Shown piece by piece: positions 28,351-41,169 of a stretch of 61,385 nucleotides of DNA (position 1 is the first letter of the stretch; each line of letters opens with the position of its first letter). A program made the translations under genes and the position numbers. The stretch is from Chiloscyllium plagiosum (Eukaryota): positions 88,613,179-88,674,563 of the forward strand of contig NC_057719.1 of NCBI RefSeq assembly GCF_004010195.1, given 5' to 3'. The notes below the pieces were generated by a model, which searched no databases, had not been told where the DNA came from, and saw nothing but the letters and a program-made list of their open reading frames with translations.

Positions 28351-28682
28351 TTCCTATTTATTTTAGTCTTATTGTTTTAAATATAAATTTTATACATGAA
28401 ACACATTTTATCTTCAGGTTACTGAGGATGTAAGTTTTCTCTGATTCCCACCCCCATCTTAATAATGCTAGTTTCTAGCATCATTCCAAATCACTTTTGC
28501 TGGGTAGAAGCAAGGTTGTGATTGAGCTCATGATATTATTTTTGGAATACACTTTTATATATCTCACCCTGCCTTGTTAATTTCTAATAAAATATTAAAA
28601 CAGCTCAGAGAAATAATCAAAAATAAAGAAAACAGATTTTTGATGCGCCACAGAAGCCTCCGTTTAGCAATCACATACATAC

Positions 28683-28731
28683 TTGTCCTCCAGTGTCTCT
28701 TTGTATTTCATTCTTCTCTTTTATATCCAAT
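28683..28731 (-). CDS. Probable coding exon upstream of the large exon: LDIKEKNEIQRDTGGQ
   Basis: Acceptor ttatttttatacaacag|ATTG, donor CAA|gtatgt; ends phase 0, joining WVETV. An alternative donor 4 nt further would give MKYKETLEDKY, also phase 0. Confidence 0.5.
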
Positions 28732-29163
28732 CTGTTGTATAAAAATAAGTGACATTCACATTACTTACTTGCGCAGAATCTTCTTTATAAACATTACTGA
28801 TGGCAGTTAATTTAGATATGCACAACACTCTCTTTAACTACCATTTGCTCATATATAGAAACACCATTTTTAAAAAAGCTTCAATTTGCCAATAAAGATT
28901 TCTAGCGATTAACTTGAAACAACCTTTTCAACAAACAGTGAACTATACTGTGCAATCAAAAACTTTCAACATAAATTAATTTTACAGGATTACCAAAAGA
29001 TTAGTAATTATGGAAATAAATAAACTGCTGTTGCAAAGTGCTGAGTTTTATACCCTAGTTGTTATTGAGGGCTGGTTTAATTGAACAAAATTGGTCTGGA
29101 ACATCTGAACTGGTGTCCGAGGCTTAATTTTAATCCCACTGGACCAACTGTCTTTTCTGTCTT

Positions 29164-29326
29164 TACGGAGGTACCTTGACTATTCGAAGGACAGGGGCGG
29201 GGAGTATTTTGTTTGGTTAATCGAATGCCAGATAACATAGTTAGTCAAGCATTGGAACCTTGCAACCTTGTGCGGGTAATCCGAAATTTGGTTAATCGAG
29301 TACCGGATAATCATGGTTTCTCTGTA
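29164..29326. mobile_element. Non-autonomous Tc1/mariner-pogo (Tigger-like) MITE
   Basis: TA at both ends; imperfect TIRs TAcggaggtaccttgactattc / ggataatcatggtttctctgTA; internal repeat tttggttaatcga. Confidence 0.65.
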
Positions 29327-31727
29327 TATCATTTTATCTTATTAATTTTAGATCTAGAGGTTACAAATTTTCTTACTTTTTCTAAGTTCTTTATAATTCT
29401 TTCATCATTCTTCACCCAAAATGTAAATTCTACTATCATATTCATATTGTATAAATACGACCAATCTCAACACCTGGGGGACCTTCCCTATTAACAATGA
29501 CAGAAACGTGTGTTTGTATGGTAACAGAGGGAGAAACAGTCACTTTCCTCTTTTACATTTGACAGGTTCCTAAAATAGAGAAAATATTTTGCTGTGTGCT
29601 CAATGAGAACTGCATTAACTATTTTAAATTGCAAGTTCCTGAAGGGGAAGCTTTAATTCCTCAAAACAGGTGGGAAGAGCCAGAAGACTAAATTGCAAAG
29701 TCGTGAACCTTTGCCTTCCCAACTGAATATGAACTTGCCTGATTCTGGTTTAACCATGACATATTTGGGAACATCTGAGTAACCCACTCTGAAGAGGAAG
29801 GTCAGTGATGCCAATACATCAGCAAAGCTCTGTTCATCAGATTTTGAAAGTCATTTAAGTTCAATGGCTCTGAGCAAGGCATTCCATGGCTGCAATGCCA
29901 GTGGCTGAAGTGGGGTGTGACTTACTAAATTCAGCAGTCATGCGATTTCCAGCAGGTCGTGTGGTCTCGGAGATAAAAGATCGCTTCCCCCAATCACTTA
30001 TAAAAACCATCCATAATGTCCTCCCTAGCCAATACTTCAATGCAGCAATCTCTTGTGCACTCACTGCAGAATATCAATTCTAAACCTCAATAGAATACTC
30101 ATCACAAATATTACAGCAAGAACCTGTTCCGACAGAATGAGTGGGACAGAAAATCAAACGGAAACAAACTCTTCATTCCCCAGCATTTGCCAAACTCTTA
30201 GGTTTACCCACAATTTCCTCAGCTGCACTCAACAGAGAACAGTAATGCACAGTTACAGCTCTCAATGCTGTGCTGACCTTTTATCCTATTCTAACATCAA
30301 ACTAACCTACACACTCTTCATTTTACTATCATCCATGTGCCAAACTAAGATTCACTGAAATGTCCCTAAAGTAACTGACTCTACCACCACTATTAGCAGT
30401 ACATTCCGCGCACCCACCACTCTCTGCATAAAGAACCTACCTCTGACATCCCCCCAAACCTTCCTCCAATCATCGTAAAATTATGCACCCTTGTGATAGC
30501 CGTTTCTGCTCTGGGAAAGATTTTCTAGCTGTCCACTCTAACTATGTCTCTCATCATCTTGCACACTTCTATCAAGTCGCTTCTCATCCTTTTTCACTCC
30601 AATGAGAAAAGCCCTACTTCCCTCAACCTTTCTTCATAAGACATATCCTCCAGTCCAGGCAACATCCTGGTAAATCTCCTCTGCACCTTCTTTAAAGTTT
30701 TCACATCCTTCCTATAATGAAGCGACCAGAACTGAACACAACATTCCAAGTATGGTCTAACCAGGGCTTTACAGAGCTGCAGCATAACGTCGTGGCTTTT
30801 AAACTCAATCCCCCTGCTAATGAAAGCCAACACACGATACACCTTCTTAACAACCCTATTGACTTAGGTGGCAACTCTGAGGCATCTATGGACGTAGACC
30901 CCAAGATCCTTCAGGTCCCTCCACACTACCAAGAATCCTGCCTTTAACCCTGTAATCTGCATTCAAATTCGACCTTTTTTAAATGAATCACTTCACACGT
31001 TTCCAGATTGAATTCCATCTGCCACTTCTCAGTCTAGCTCTGCATCCTGTCAATGTCCCATTGCAATCCATACCAGCCCTCCACATTATCCACAACTCTA
31101 CCAACCTTCATGTCATTTGTAAACTTACTAACCCACCCTTCTACTTCCAAACCATTCTTAAAAATCACAAATAGCAGAGGTCCCAGAACAGATCCCTGCA
31201 GAACACCACTGGCCACCGAGCTCCAGGCTGAATATTTTCCATCTACTACCACCCTCTGTCTTCTATGGGCTAGCCAATTCTGTATCCGGACAGCCAGATT
31301 TCCCTATATCCCAAGCCTCCTTACGGGGAACCTTAGCAAATGCCTTGCTAAAATCCATGTACACAACATCCACTGCTCTACCTTCACAATGTGTTTTGTC
31401 ATATCCTCGAAGAATTCAGTCAGCCTTGTGAGACATGCCGTGCCCCTCACAAAGCCATGCTGACTGTCTCTAATCAAACTATGGTTTTCCAAATAATCAT
31501 AAATCCTGATTCTCAGAATCTTTTCCAATAATGTGCTCAGCACTGACATAAGACTGAGTGGTCTGTGATTCCTTCAGTTATCCCTTTCCCTTTCTTGAAC
31601 AAGGGAATAACATTTGCCACCCTCCAATCATCTGGTATTACTCCAGTGGACAGTGAGGATGCAAATATCATTGCAGCAATCTCTTCCCTCGCTTCCTGTA
31701 GAAATCTTGGGTATACCAGTCTGGCCC

Positions 31728-34700
31728 AAAAAACAAAGAACAAAGAAAATTTACAGCCGAGGAACAGGCCCTTCGGCCCTCCAAGCCTGAGCCGATCCAA
31801 ATCTACTGTCTACTTGATGCACAATTCCTAAGCATCTGTATTCCTCTGCTCCCCACCTACTCAAGCATCAGTCCAGACGCATCTCAAATGAATCTACTAT
31901 GCCTGCCTCTACTACCTCTGCTGGCAATGCGTTCCAGGCACCTACCACCCTCTGTGTAAAGTACTTGCTGCTTAAACTTTTCACCTCTCATCTTGAAAGC
32001 GTGACCTCTTGTTACTGAATCCTTCACTCTGGGAAAAAGCTTATCTCTATCTACCCTGTCTATACCCTTCATGATTTTGTAGACTTCAATCAGGTCCCTC
32101 CCTCAATTTCCTTTTTTCTAATGAAAACAAACTTAACCTACTCAATCTCTCTTCATAGCTAGCACCTTCCATACCAGGCAACATCCTCGCAAAACCTTCT
32201 CTGCACCTCTCCAAAGTGTCCACATCCTTTTGGTAATGTGGTGACCAGAACTGTACACAGTATTCTAAATGCTGCTGAACCAATGTTGTGTACAATTTTC
32301 AACATGACCTGCCAGTTCTTATACTCAATACCCCGTCCGATGAAGGCAAGCATCGGAATGGAAGGTGCCTGATATGGAAGGTGCTAGCTATGCAGAGAGA
32401 TTGAGTAGGTTAAGTTTGTTTTCTTGTTTGCCTTCTTGACTACTCTATCCACCTGTGCAGCAACCTTCAGGGTACAATGGACCCGAACTCCCAGATCGCT
32501 CTGCTCATCAACTTTTCCCAAGGGCTCTTCCACTTACTGAATAGTTTGCTCTAGAATTAGACTTCCCAAAATACATCACCTCACATTTGCCTGGATTGAA
32601 CTCCATCTGCCACTTCCCCGCCCAACTCTCCAGTCAATTTATATTCTCTTGTATTCTTTGACAATTCCCTATGTTTTCTGCTACTCCACCAATCTTCATG
32701 TCATCTGCAAACTTGCTGATCATACTACAGTAGCCTCTTCCAGATCATTTATGTATATCACAAGCAACACAGTCCCCAGCACTGATCCCTGTGGAACACC
32801 ACTGGTCACGTTTCTCCATTTCAAGTAACTCCCTTCAACTACTACTCTCTGTCTCCTGTTACTCAACGAGTTCTTTATCCACCTAGCTAGAACACCCTGT
32901 ATACATGACTTCACTTTCTCTGTTAGTTTACCATGGGGAACCTTATTAAATACCGTACTAAAGTTCATGTATATGATACCTACAGCCCTTCCTTCATCTA
33001 TCAACTTGGTCACTTCCTCAAAGAACTCTATTAAGTTGGTAAAGCACGATCTCCCCTGCACAAAACCATGTTCCCCATCATTGGTAAGCCCATTCTTTTC
33101 CGAATATAAATAGATTTTATCCCTCAGTACCTTCTCCAGCAACTTTCCTACCACCGACGTCAGGCTCACTGGTCTGTAGTTACCCAGAATATCCCTACTA
33201 CCCTTCTTGTACACGGGGACAACATGAGCAACCCTCCAGTCCTCTGGCACCTCACTTGTGTTTAAGGATGCTACAAAGATATCTGTCAGGGCACCAGCTA
33301 TTTCCTCTCTCGCCTCTCTCAGCAACCTGGGATAGATTCCATCCATCCTGGGGATTTGTCCACCTTAATAACCTCTAGCTTACCCAACGCATCTTCCCTA
33401 CTTATGTCAATGTGATCCAGACTAATCAAACTTCTATCTCTAATCAACATTCATCATGTCCCTCTCCTCAGTGAACACTGATGCAAAGCAATCATTCAGA
33501 ATCTCACCCATTTGATACACAACCCTCCTTCATTATCCTTTACTGGACCAATCCTTCCTCTCGTTACCCGCTTGTTCTGATATAAGAATAAACGACTTTG
33601 GGATTATCCTTAATTCTGCTCACTAAAGCTATTTCATGACCCCTTTAAGCCCGCTTTATTCCTCGTTTAAGACTGGTCCTACTCTTCCGATATTCCTCCA
33701 GGGCCCGTTCTGTTCTTAGCTGCCTGGACATTATGTATGGTTCCCTTTTCCTCTTGGCTAGTTGTACGATTTCTCCTGTCATCCACGGTTCACGAATATT
33801 GCCTTTCCTATCCTTTGCTTTCAAGAGGACATGCCTATCCTGCACTATCTTCAACGTACCTTTGAAAGCCTCCCACATATCAAATGTGGACTTCCCTTCA
33901 AATAACTGTATCCAATCCACATTTCCCAGCTCCTGCCTAATTTTGATATAATTGGCCTTGGCCCAGTTTAGTATTCTTTCCTTAGGACCACTCTCATCTA
34001 TTCTAAAACTTACAGAATTGTGGTCACTGTTCCCAAAGAAATCCCCCACCGCAACGTCTACCACCTGGTCTGACTCATTCCCCAAAACCACGTCCAGTAT
34101 TGGCTCTTTCCCTCGTCGGACTATTGACATACTGGTCTAGAAAACTCTCCTGGATGCTTCTTACAAATTCTACCCCATCTAGACCTCTGACGCTAAGTGT
34201 ATCCCAGTCAATGTTGGGAAAATTAGAATCTCCCATCACCACTACCCTGTTGCCTCTACAACTTTCCATAATCTGTTTATCTATTTGTTTTTATTCCTCA
34301 CGCTTACTGTTGGGAGGCCTGTAATACAGCCTCAAAATGAAACTGCACCCTTCTTATTTCTCAGCTCCACCCATAATACCTAACTACTCAAGCCCTCCAT
34401 AGTGTCCTCCTTTAGCACAGCCCTGATGTCATCCCTGACCAGCAATGCAACTCTTCCCCCATCCTGTCTGAAGCGTCTATATCCTGGAACATTTATTTGC
34501 CAATCATGCCCTGCCATCAACCAAGTCTCTGTGATTGCAATAACGCCATACTCCCAGGCACCAATCCAAACCCAAAGTTCATCTGCCTTACCCACTATAC
34601 TCCTTACATTAAAGTATATGCACTTCAGGCCACCAGTTCTTTTGCGTTCATCTGCTCTCTGCCTACTCTTCCCATTATTAATGCTATCTTCAAGATTCTT

Positions 34701-34740
34701 ACAGTCTCCAGTTTCCACCTTTCTGTCCAGGGGACTTTCC
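31728..34740 (-). mobile_element. CR1 LINE B with nearly complete but disrupted ORF2, nested in A
   Basis: Endonuclease LKCIYFNVRSI..IAITETWL, MGDSNFPNIDW, SDHNSV; RT GNYRPVSLTS, GVPQGSVLG, KFADD (about 32700); tail (ttctttg)n at 31730-31750. Confidence 0.95.
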
Positions 34741-34954
34741 TAAGCCCAGGGGACTTTCCTATCCTCAGTCTTTCAAAATTTCCAGCACAGCCTTCTTCTT
34801 AACATCAACCTGTTTGAGCATATCAGCCCGTTTCCTCACAAATAACAAGTCCCCCTCACTAGTGAGTATTGAAGCAAAGTAGTCATTAAGGACCTCCCTT
34901 GTCTTCTCCAACTCTGGGCACTCCACTATCCCTGATTAGCTCTACTCTTGGTCT

Positions 34955-35116
34955 AGGTAAAAACAAGGACTGCAGATGCTGGAAACCAGAGTCTAGATTA
35001 GAGTGATGCTGGAAAAGCACAGCAGGTCATGCAGCATCCGAGGAGCAGGAAAATCGACGTTTTGGGCAAAAGCCCTTCATCAGGAATATTCCAGCACCAC
35101 TCTAATCTAGACTCTA
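34955..35116 (-). mobile_element. Short PLE-derived element with partial inverted repeat and mutated hammerhead core
   Basis: Minus strand CTGATGA-agggc-tttt-gccc-AAAAcgtcga; arms agagtctagattagagtgatgctggaa / ttccagcaccactctaatctagactct. Confidence 0.8.
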
Positions 35117-35601
35117 CCCTCAGTCTGGCCATTCTCTTGTTCCTCATTTAAGTGAAGAACACCTTGGGGTTTTCCTGAAATGAACCCACCAAGGCTTTTT
35201 AATGCCCTCTTCTAGCTCTCCTAAGTCCATTCTTCAGATCCTTCCTGGCTACTTTGTAACTTTCTAGAGCCCTGGATGATCCTTGCTTCCTCAACCTTAA
35301 GTAAGCTTCCCTCTTCTTCTTGTCCACATTTCTTGTCATCCAAGGTTCCTTACTTGCCTCAGTGGGACAAACCTATCCAGCACCTGCAGCCAGTGCTCCC
35401 GAAACAACCTCCACTTTGCTGTTGTGCATTTCCCTGAGAATATCTGTTCCCAATTAATGCTCCACAGTTCCTGCCTAATATCATCGTAATTCCCCCTCCC
35501 CCAATTTAATACTTCCTCATATCATCTGCTCCTATTCCTCTCCATGCCTATAGTAAAGGTCACAGAGTTGGTGATCACTATCACCGAAATGCTCTCCTAC
35601 C

Positions 35602-35827
35602 AAGGGGACATAAATTTAAGGTGAAGGGTGGAAGGTATAGGGGGGATGTCAGGGGTGGGTTCTTTACCCAGAAAGTGGTGGGGGCATGGAATGCGCTGCC
35701 TGTGGGAGTGGCAGAGTCAGAATCATTGGTGACCTTTAAGCGGCAATTGGATAGGTACATGGATAGGTGCTTAAGCTAGGACAAATGGCCGGTTCTGTGC
35801 TGTATTGTTCTATGTTCTTATGTTCTA
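35602..35827 (+). mobile_element. 5'-truncated CR1 tail nested in LINE A
   Basis: ttctttacccagaaagtggtg...tggaatgcgctgcc; tail ttctatgttc. Confidence 0.85.
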
Positions 35828-36646
35828 TCTGACACCTGATCTGGTTTGCTGCCAAGCACCAAATCCAATATGGCCTCCCCTCTAGCTGGCCTATCTACAT
35901 ACGGTGTCAGGAATGCTTCCTGGACACACCTGAAAAAATCTGCTCCATCCAAACAAAGTCAAGAACACTTTATTTCAAGCCAAATGAACTGGGGCTAGAT
36001 AAATCAACTAGTTAGTTAATTAACTACCTCAACCTCATGGCAGAATGTGCTTACCGTCTAAACTGCAAGAAAGGAACTTAATTTGTTTACACAGTACTCT
36101 CTAGTTACTGTATTCACTAAACTATCAGGTTTGCACTCAGTTTCCTCTGCTGCACTAATTTGTAGTAGATAGGAGTTAACCAAGGAACGTCACATTAATT
36201 CATGTAACAACAGAGATTTTCTTGGTTAACTGCAGGCTGCAATTTGCCTGGAAGATTTCTTAAAAAATAATTTTGCAGCTGTAGCCTGGAGTGGGAGTGG
36301 GACCTTAGAGGTAAAACAAGGAATATTTTCAAATTAAGTTTGAGTCAGCAGGGAGGAGGGCCAGGAAACCTCTGAATTAATTTACATCACCACAGGGAGA
36401 ACAGAGAACATTCTAAAAATTATTTTTCCTATCAGCCATAATTTGGTTCTGAAGAAGATGGCTGGATAAATAATTGTATTATTAAATCCGCTTTATACAT
36501 TCATTTTTGGGAATTAATCGGTATATTCTATTAACTAAGAGCAAAGCCTGAGCAGCAAAGCCAGGGAAAAATTTGTAGCCATAGAGCTAGACATTCAAGC
36601 TAGGCAGAATTTTATTTTAAAACGTCAGACTGCTCAGATACTGAAG

Positions 36647-36931
36647 GGGCGGCACAGTGGCTCAGTAGTTAGCACTGCTGCCTCACAGCACCAGGGTCCC
36701 AGGTTCAATTCTGGCCTCGGGTGACTGTCTGTGTGGAATTTGCACATTCTCCCTGTGTCTGCATGGGTTTCATCCGGGTGCTCTGGTTTCCTCCCACAAT
36801 CCAAAGATGTGCAGGCCTGGTAAATTGGCCATGCTAAATTGCCATAGAGTTAGGTACTTTAGTCAGAGGGTCTGGGTGGGTTACTCTTTGGAGGGTCTGT
36901 GTGGACTTGTTGGGCCGTAGGGAATCTAATC
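36647..36931 (+). mobile_element. HE1-type SINE (short variant)
   Basis: Head, core, tail gggaatctaatc. Confidence 0.92.
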
Positions 36932-36945
36932 AATAATATTTTTAA

Positions 36946-37503
36946 GGGGAAACGATGGCCCTGTGGTATTACCATTGGACTATTAATGCAGGTAATGTCT
37001 GGGAAATAAACAAAGAACAGTGGATACTGGAGATCAGAAACAAAAACAGAAATTGCTGGAGAAACTCAGCAGGTCTGATGGCAACTGTAAGGCAGAAGCA
37101 GACTTAATATTTCAAGTCCAATGATTCTAGTCTAGTGTTCTGATGAAGAGTCACTGCACTTGAAACATTAACTTTGCTTTCTCCCCACAAATGCTGAGTT
37201 TCGTCATTTTTTGTTAATGTTCTCAGAACCCTGGTTCAAATCCTGCTATGGTCGATAGTGGAATTTGAATTTAATTTGAATTAAAAGTCTAATGATGACC
37301 ATGAAACTGTTGTCAATTGTCAAGAAAACCCATCTGGCTCACTAATATCTGTTCAGGATGTTGTCCTTACCTGGTCTGGCTTAAATGTGATTCTACACCC
37401 ACAGCAATGTGGTTGAGTCTTAACTGCCTTCTGGTCAATTAAGAATGAGCAAAAAGTACTGGCCTAGTCAATGATATCTGCAAATTGCGAATGAATAAAA
37501 AAT
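36946..37503 (+). mobile_element. Second tRNA-headed SINE family, interrupted by a palindromic PLE-derived insert (about 37003-37215)
   Basis: gatggccctgtggtatt head, ggttcaaatcc B-box, 3' end resembling the LINE tail at 38575-38650; related copy at 42178-42530. Confidence 0.7.
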
Positions 37504-37769
37504 ACTTCCCTATCAGTAGAACAACACTGAGAGGAATTACCATGCCTATGTCATATAAATGCGGCAAAGAATTTTAAAATCATGACAGAACATGACATTT
37601 GATTGCAGGAACAACATAGGAAATCTAACATATTATCAATCAATTAACTCCTTCTTTGCATGACAGTTGGGACTATTTTAAAAATTATTTTAAAAGATTC
37701 AGCAATTTACCTGTATGCCTGGTGTGAAATAAAGGAGTCATCTTTGGAAGGGAAAAAGCTGCTTCGTCA

Positions 37770-38650
37770 ATGATATTCCCTCCATCATAAGGTCAGAGGA
37801 AGGGATGTTCGTCAATGATTGCAAAATGTTCAACACCATGTGACTGCTCAGATACTGAAGCAGTCCCTGTTCAAATGCAACAAGAGCTGGACAATATTCA
37901 GGCCTGGGCTGACAAGCAGTAATCATGCCACACAAATGCCTGGCAAATAACATTCAATCATGTTATCATCACTGAATCCCTGTGACCAATATCCTGGAGG
38001 TTACCACTGACCAGAAACTGATCTAGACTCTCCATATAAGTACAGTGGCTACAAGAGCAAGTCAGAGGCTAGGAATCATGCCTTCTGATTCTCTTGGCTA
38101 TTATTTACAAGTCAGGAATGTGATGGAATAGTCCCCACTTGCCTGTATGAGTGTAGCTTCAATAACACTCAAGAAGCTTGACATCATCCAAGTCAAAGCA
38201 GCCCACTTGATTTCCTTTAAACTGAAAATGTCTCCCTCTAGGTTAATATGACTCATTCTTGCTACTGCAGCATATTCACAAGCATCCACTCTTTTCACCA
38301 CAGATGCTCAGTAGCAGCAGTGCGTACTATCCACAAGATGCACAGCAGAAATTTACCAAGATTCCTTCGACAGCATTTTCCAAACCCATGACCACTTCTA
38401 TCTGGAAGGACAGGGGCAGCAGATAAATGGGAACACCACCCCCTGCAAGCTCCCCACAAGCTACTCACCATCCTCTCATGAAAATATATCCTTCTCTGTT
38501 ACTGGGATTCTGGAATTCTCTCCGTCATGGGTTTCCCTGCAGCAGTTCAAGAAAGCAGATCACTCCCACCTTCTCAAGGGCAACTAGGGACGGGCATCAA
38601 TGCCAGCCCAGCCAGTGATGTCCATATCCCATGAGTGACTGAGAAAAAGA
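37770..38650 (+). mobile_element. LINE 3' fragment, second CR1/L2-group family
   Basis: ataaggtcaga..gggatgttc, caagtcaggaatgtgatggaata; tail gggcatcaatgccagcccagccagtgatgtcc. Confidence 0.75.
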
Positions 38651-38769
38651 AGCACCAAGTGGGATGCAGCTAAAGTCAACTCTTAAAAATGTGACTTGCT
38701 TCAATGGTGCCTATTGCAATTTTGATGCATTAGAAATTCATTAATTCTCTTCAAACCACAAGACCTTCA

Positions 38770-39095
38770 ATTAGATTAGATTGGATTGGATTCCCTACAG
38801 TGTGGAAACAGGCCCTTCGGCCCAACCAGTCCACACAACCCTCCGAAGAGTAACCCGCCCAGACCCATTTCCCCTTTGACCAATGCACCTAACACTATGG
38901 GCAATTTAGCATGGCCAATTCATCTGACTTGCACATCTTTGGACTGTGGGAGGAAACCGGAGCACCCGGAGGAAATCCATGCAGACACGGGAGAATGTGC
39001 AAACTCCACACAGACAGTTGCCTGATTCCAGAATCAAACCTGGGACCCTGGTGCTGTGAGGCAGCAGTGCTAACCACTGAGCCACCGTGCCACCC
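38770..39095 (-). mobile_element. HE1-type SINE (short variant)
   Basis: Reverse-complement head, core and (tctaa)n tail. Confidence 0.93.
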
Positions 39096-39479
39096 TAGAG
39101 AATGCACTAGACAAATACTGAAAAATTATTAGACTGCCAAATATTCAGTGGGACTCAGGTTTAAGTACTGTATCAACCTAATATTCACTATATAGGATGT
39201 AAATAATTTATCAACTAGTTGTAATCAATATCCAAGTGACCTAAAATATACCGCTGTTAGAAAACACAGGATCTGATTTAATTTAATTTGCATTAGCCTT
39301 ACATACAGTAGCAAGAATGAGTCATATTAACCTAGAGGGAGACATTTTCAGTTTAAAGGAAATCAATATCCTCTTTCTTATTTGCTTTTGAAATCAGGCG
39401 CACAATAAGTAATGACATGACAGTGTCATTCAGATTCAGTACTGCTCTTTTCAATACCAAAGACACTCTTTTAACAGAG

Positions 39480-40700
39480 CAGACACCATAATCAGTCCTG
39501 AAGTGCTCGGGTGTTGTTGTATATGATGGAAAAATGGCCCAATCCTCCCTCCTATAACATGGGGATCTTCCAAGACACATTCCATTTTATCTGGATGTCA
39601 AAGATGGACCATGTTCACAGGGGTACTATGTACAAACCTCTAGACAGAAGGGAAAGAACACAGCCAACAATTTGCCTCATCCCGACGGCCAACACTGCAT
39701 CAAGCTGTGCATAGACCCTCATCATGTAAACATTGAGTGCCACTATTTGCTGAAGTTCCACATGTCCCTGGTGTTGCGAAGAATGGGTCTGCTGCAGAAC
39801 ACGTTGTTCAGCCGTGCCCTACGACCTATCCTTCGTGGAGGAATTTATGCAGGAAAACACCTTTGACCAATGCTCGACATGAAACATCCTCAAGGTCCTT
39901 TTGGAAAAGAAGAAAGCAGACTCCGTTGGTTATTTCCATGAACAGAATGCTTCCTGGCCTGAGCTTGGCTCGTGATGAGATGAGTCCTTGCTGATAAATC
40001 CTTCCTACATGCTCAGACCGTCACATCCTCCGCACTTTGCCCTCGAGGTGACAGTGATGGGGAAGGAACAGTTGAAGGATCGGATGAAAGGTTCTGACCT
40101 GAAACATTGGCTCTCCTGCTCCTCTGATGCTGCTCGATCTGCTGTGCTTCTTCCAGCTCCAAACCTTAACAACTCTGACTTTCCAGTATTTGCAGTCCTC
40201 ACGATCTCCAAGAAACTGTTCACTTCTTTATGGAATGTCTCTTTCTGAAGGATGTCTGGACAGAAATTTGTCAAGGCTCATCCGAAGCAGGTCTGTGACA
40301 GAAGACTGTTCTCCTCAGGCTCTTCCCTTGGACCCAAACCGAGATATTGACTGCACCTGGAGGACTCTCAAAGACGCTCTTTGGTCTCCTTGCAACTGGT
40401 CAGTCTCTGTGCATGGAGTTGACCTGGATTTGTCACAGATTGGCATACTCCAAGTCCAGGACTTAGTGTTGACTGACGCACCAAAGATTGGAGCAGCTCT
40501 TGAAAAGGCACAATGGAGAAAAGGTCATCATCTAAGCCCTTTCAGTCATAGTACAGCATTGACTTGGGAACTGTAGAACCTTTTGCACTGTGTGCCTCAC
40601 AAACAATATATGGTGTAAACCACAGACGCTGAAAAGGTACCGAGGCATTCGGAGTGAAACATACTGAAAAGATTTTTATATAGACAGCTATTTCTGTAAT
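39480..40700 (+). mobile_element. Decayed L1/Tx1-type LINE 3' fragment with a PLE-derived insert (about 40075-40210)
   Basis: FHFIWMSKMDHVHRGTMYKPLD and QVQDLVLTDAPKIGAALEKAQW resemble Tx1-clade ORF2 C-termini. Confidence 0.65.
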
Positions 40701-41125
40701 TATAATTTGATATTTTTGGAGAATAAAAAGTACCGTACAAAAACACGCAAGCACAAGAGGTAGGAGGAGTACTACATGACCATATAATTCATTGAGCAGT
40801 GCTCTGTCATCAAATACTATCATTGCTGATCTTAGGCTTGAATTTCACACTTCCACCTACTCCACACTCCCCTTGACTTCCTGAAAGATCTGAACTGTCT
40901 ATCTTGACCATAAATATAGTTACTCACAGATCATCTACAACACTCTGCATAGAGAATTTCAAAGATTGACAACCTGAGCAAAAAGATTTCTCATTTCAGT
41001 TTTAAATGATTGACTTGCATGCTGCAATTTACCCCCTTGTTAGATTTTCTATTCTTAAAAACCAAGATGAATAATCTCACACTTTCCGATGTTATATCCT
41101 AATAGTCTTTTTGTTGCCCACTCAC

Positions 41126-41169
41126 TTAACTAGTCTTTTATATTTCTTTCCAGTCAGGTATAAAGTGCA
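41126..41169 (-). CDS. Candidate 44-nt exon: CTLYLTGKKYKRLV(K)
   Basis: Long pyrimidine-rich tract ending ctccag|TGC, donor TAA|gtgagt; phase 2 end fits the phase 2 start of exon 28683-28731. Confidence 0.35.

Larger units (their letters stand above)
30232..35945 (-). mobile_element. Host CR1 LINE A (30232-31727 and about 34745-35945), split by later insertions
   Basis: RT motifs (GVLQGSVLGPLLF, QHGFVRG..CLT, WRVANVIPLFKKG); sequence resumes after element B at gcccaggggact. Confidence 0.88.

Noticed and set aside
36055..36062. Possible 8-nt microexon on the minus strand (ttcttgcag|TTTAGACG|gtaagc)
   Set aside because: Would break the frame between the phase-matched flanking exons; no independent support.
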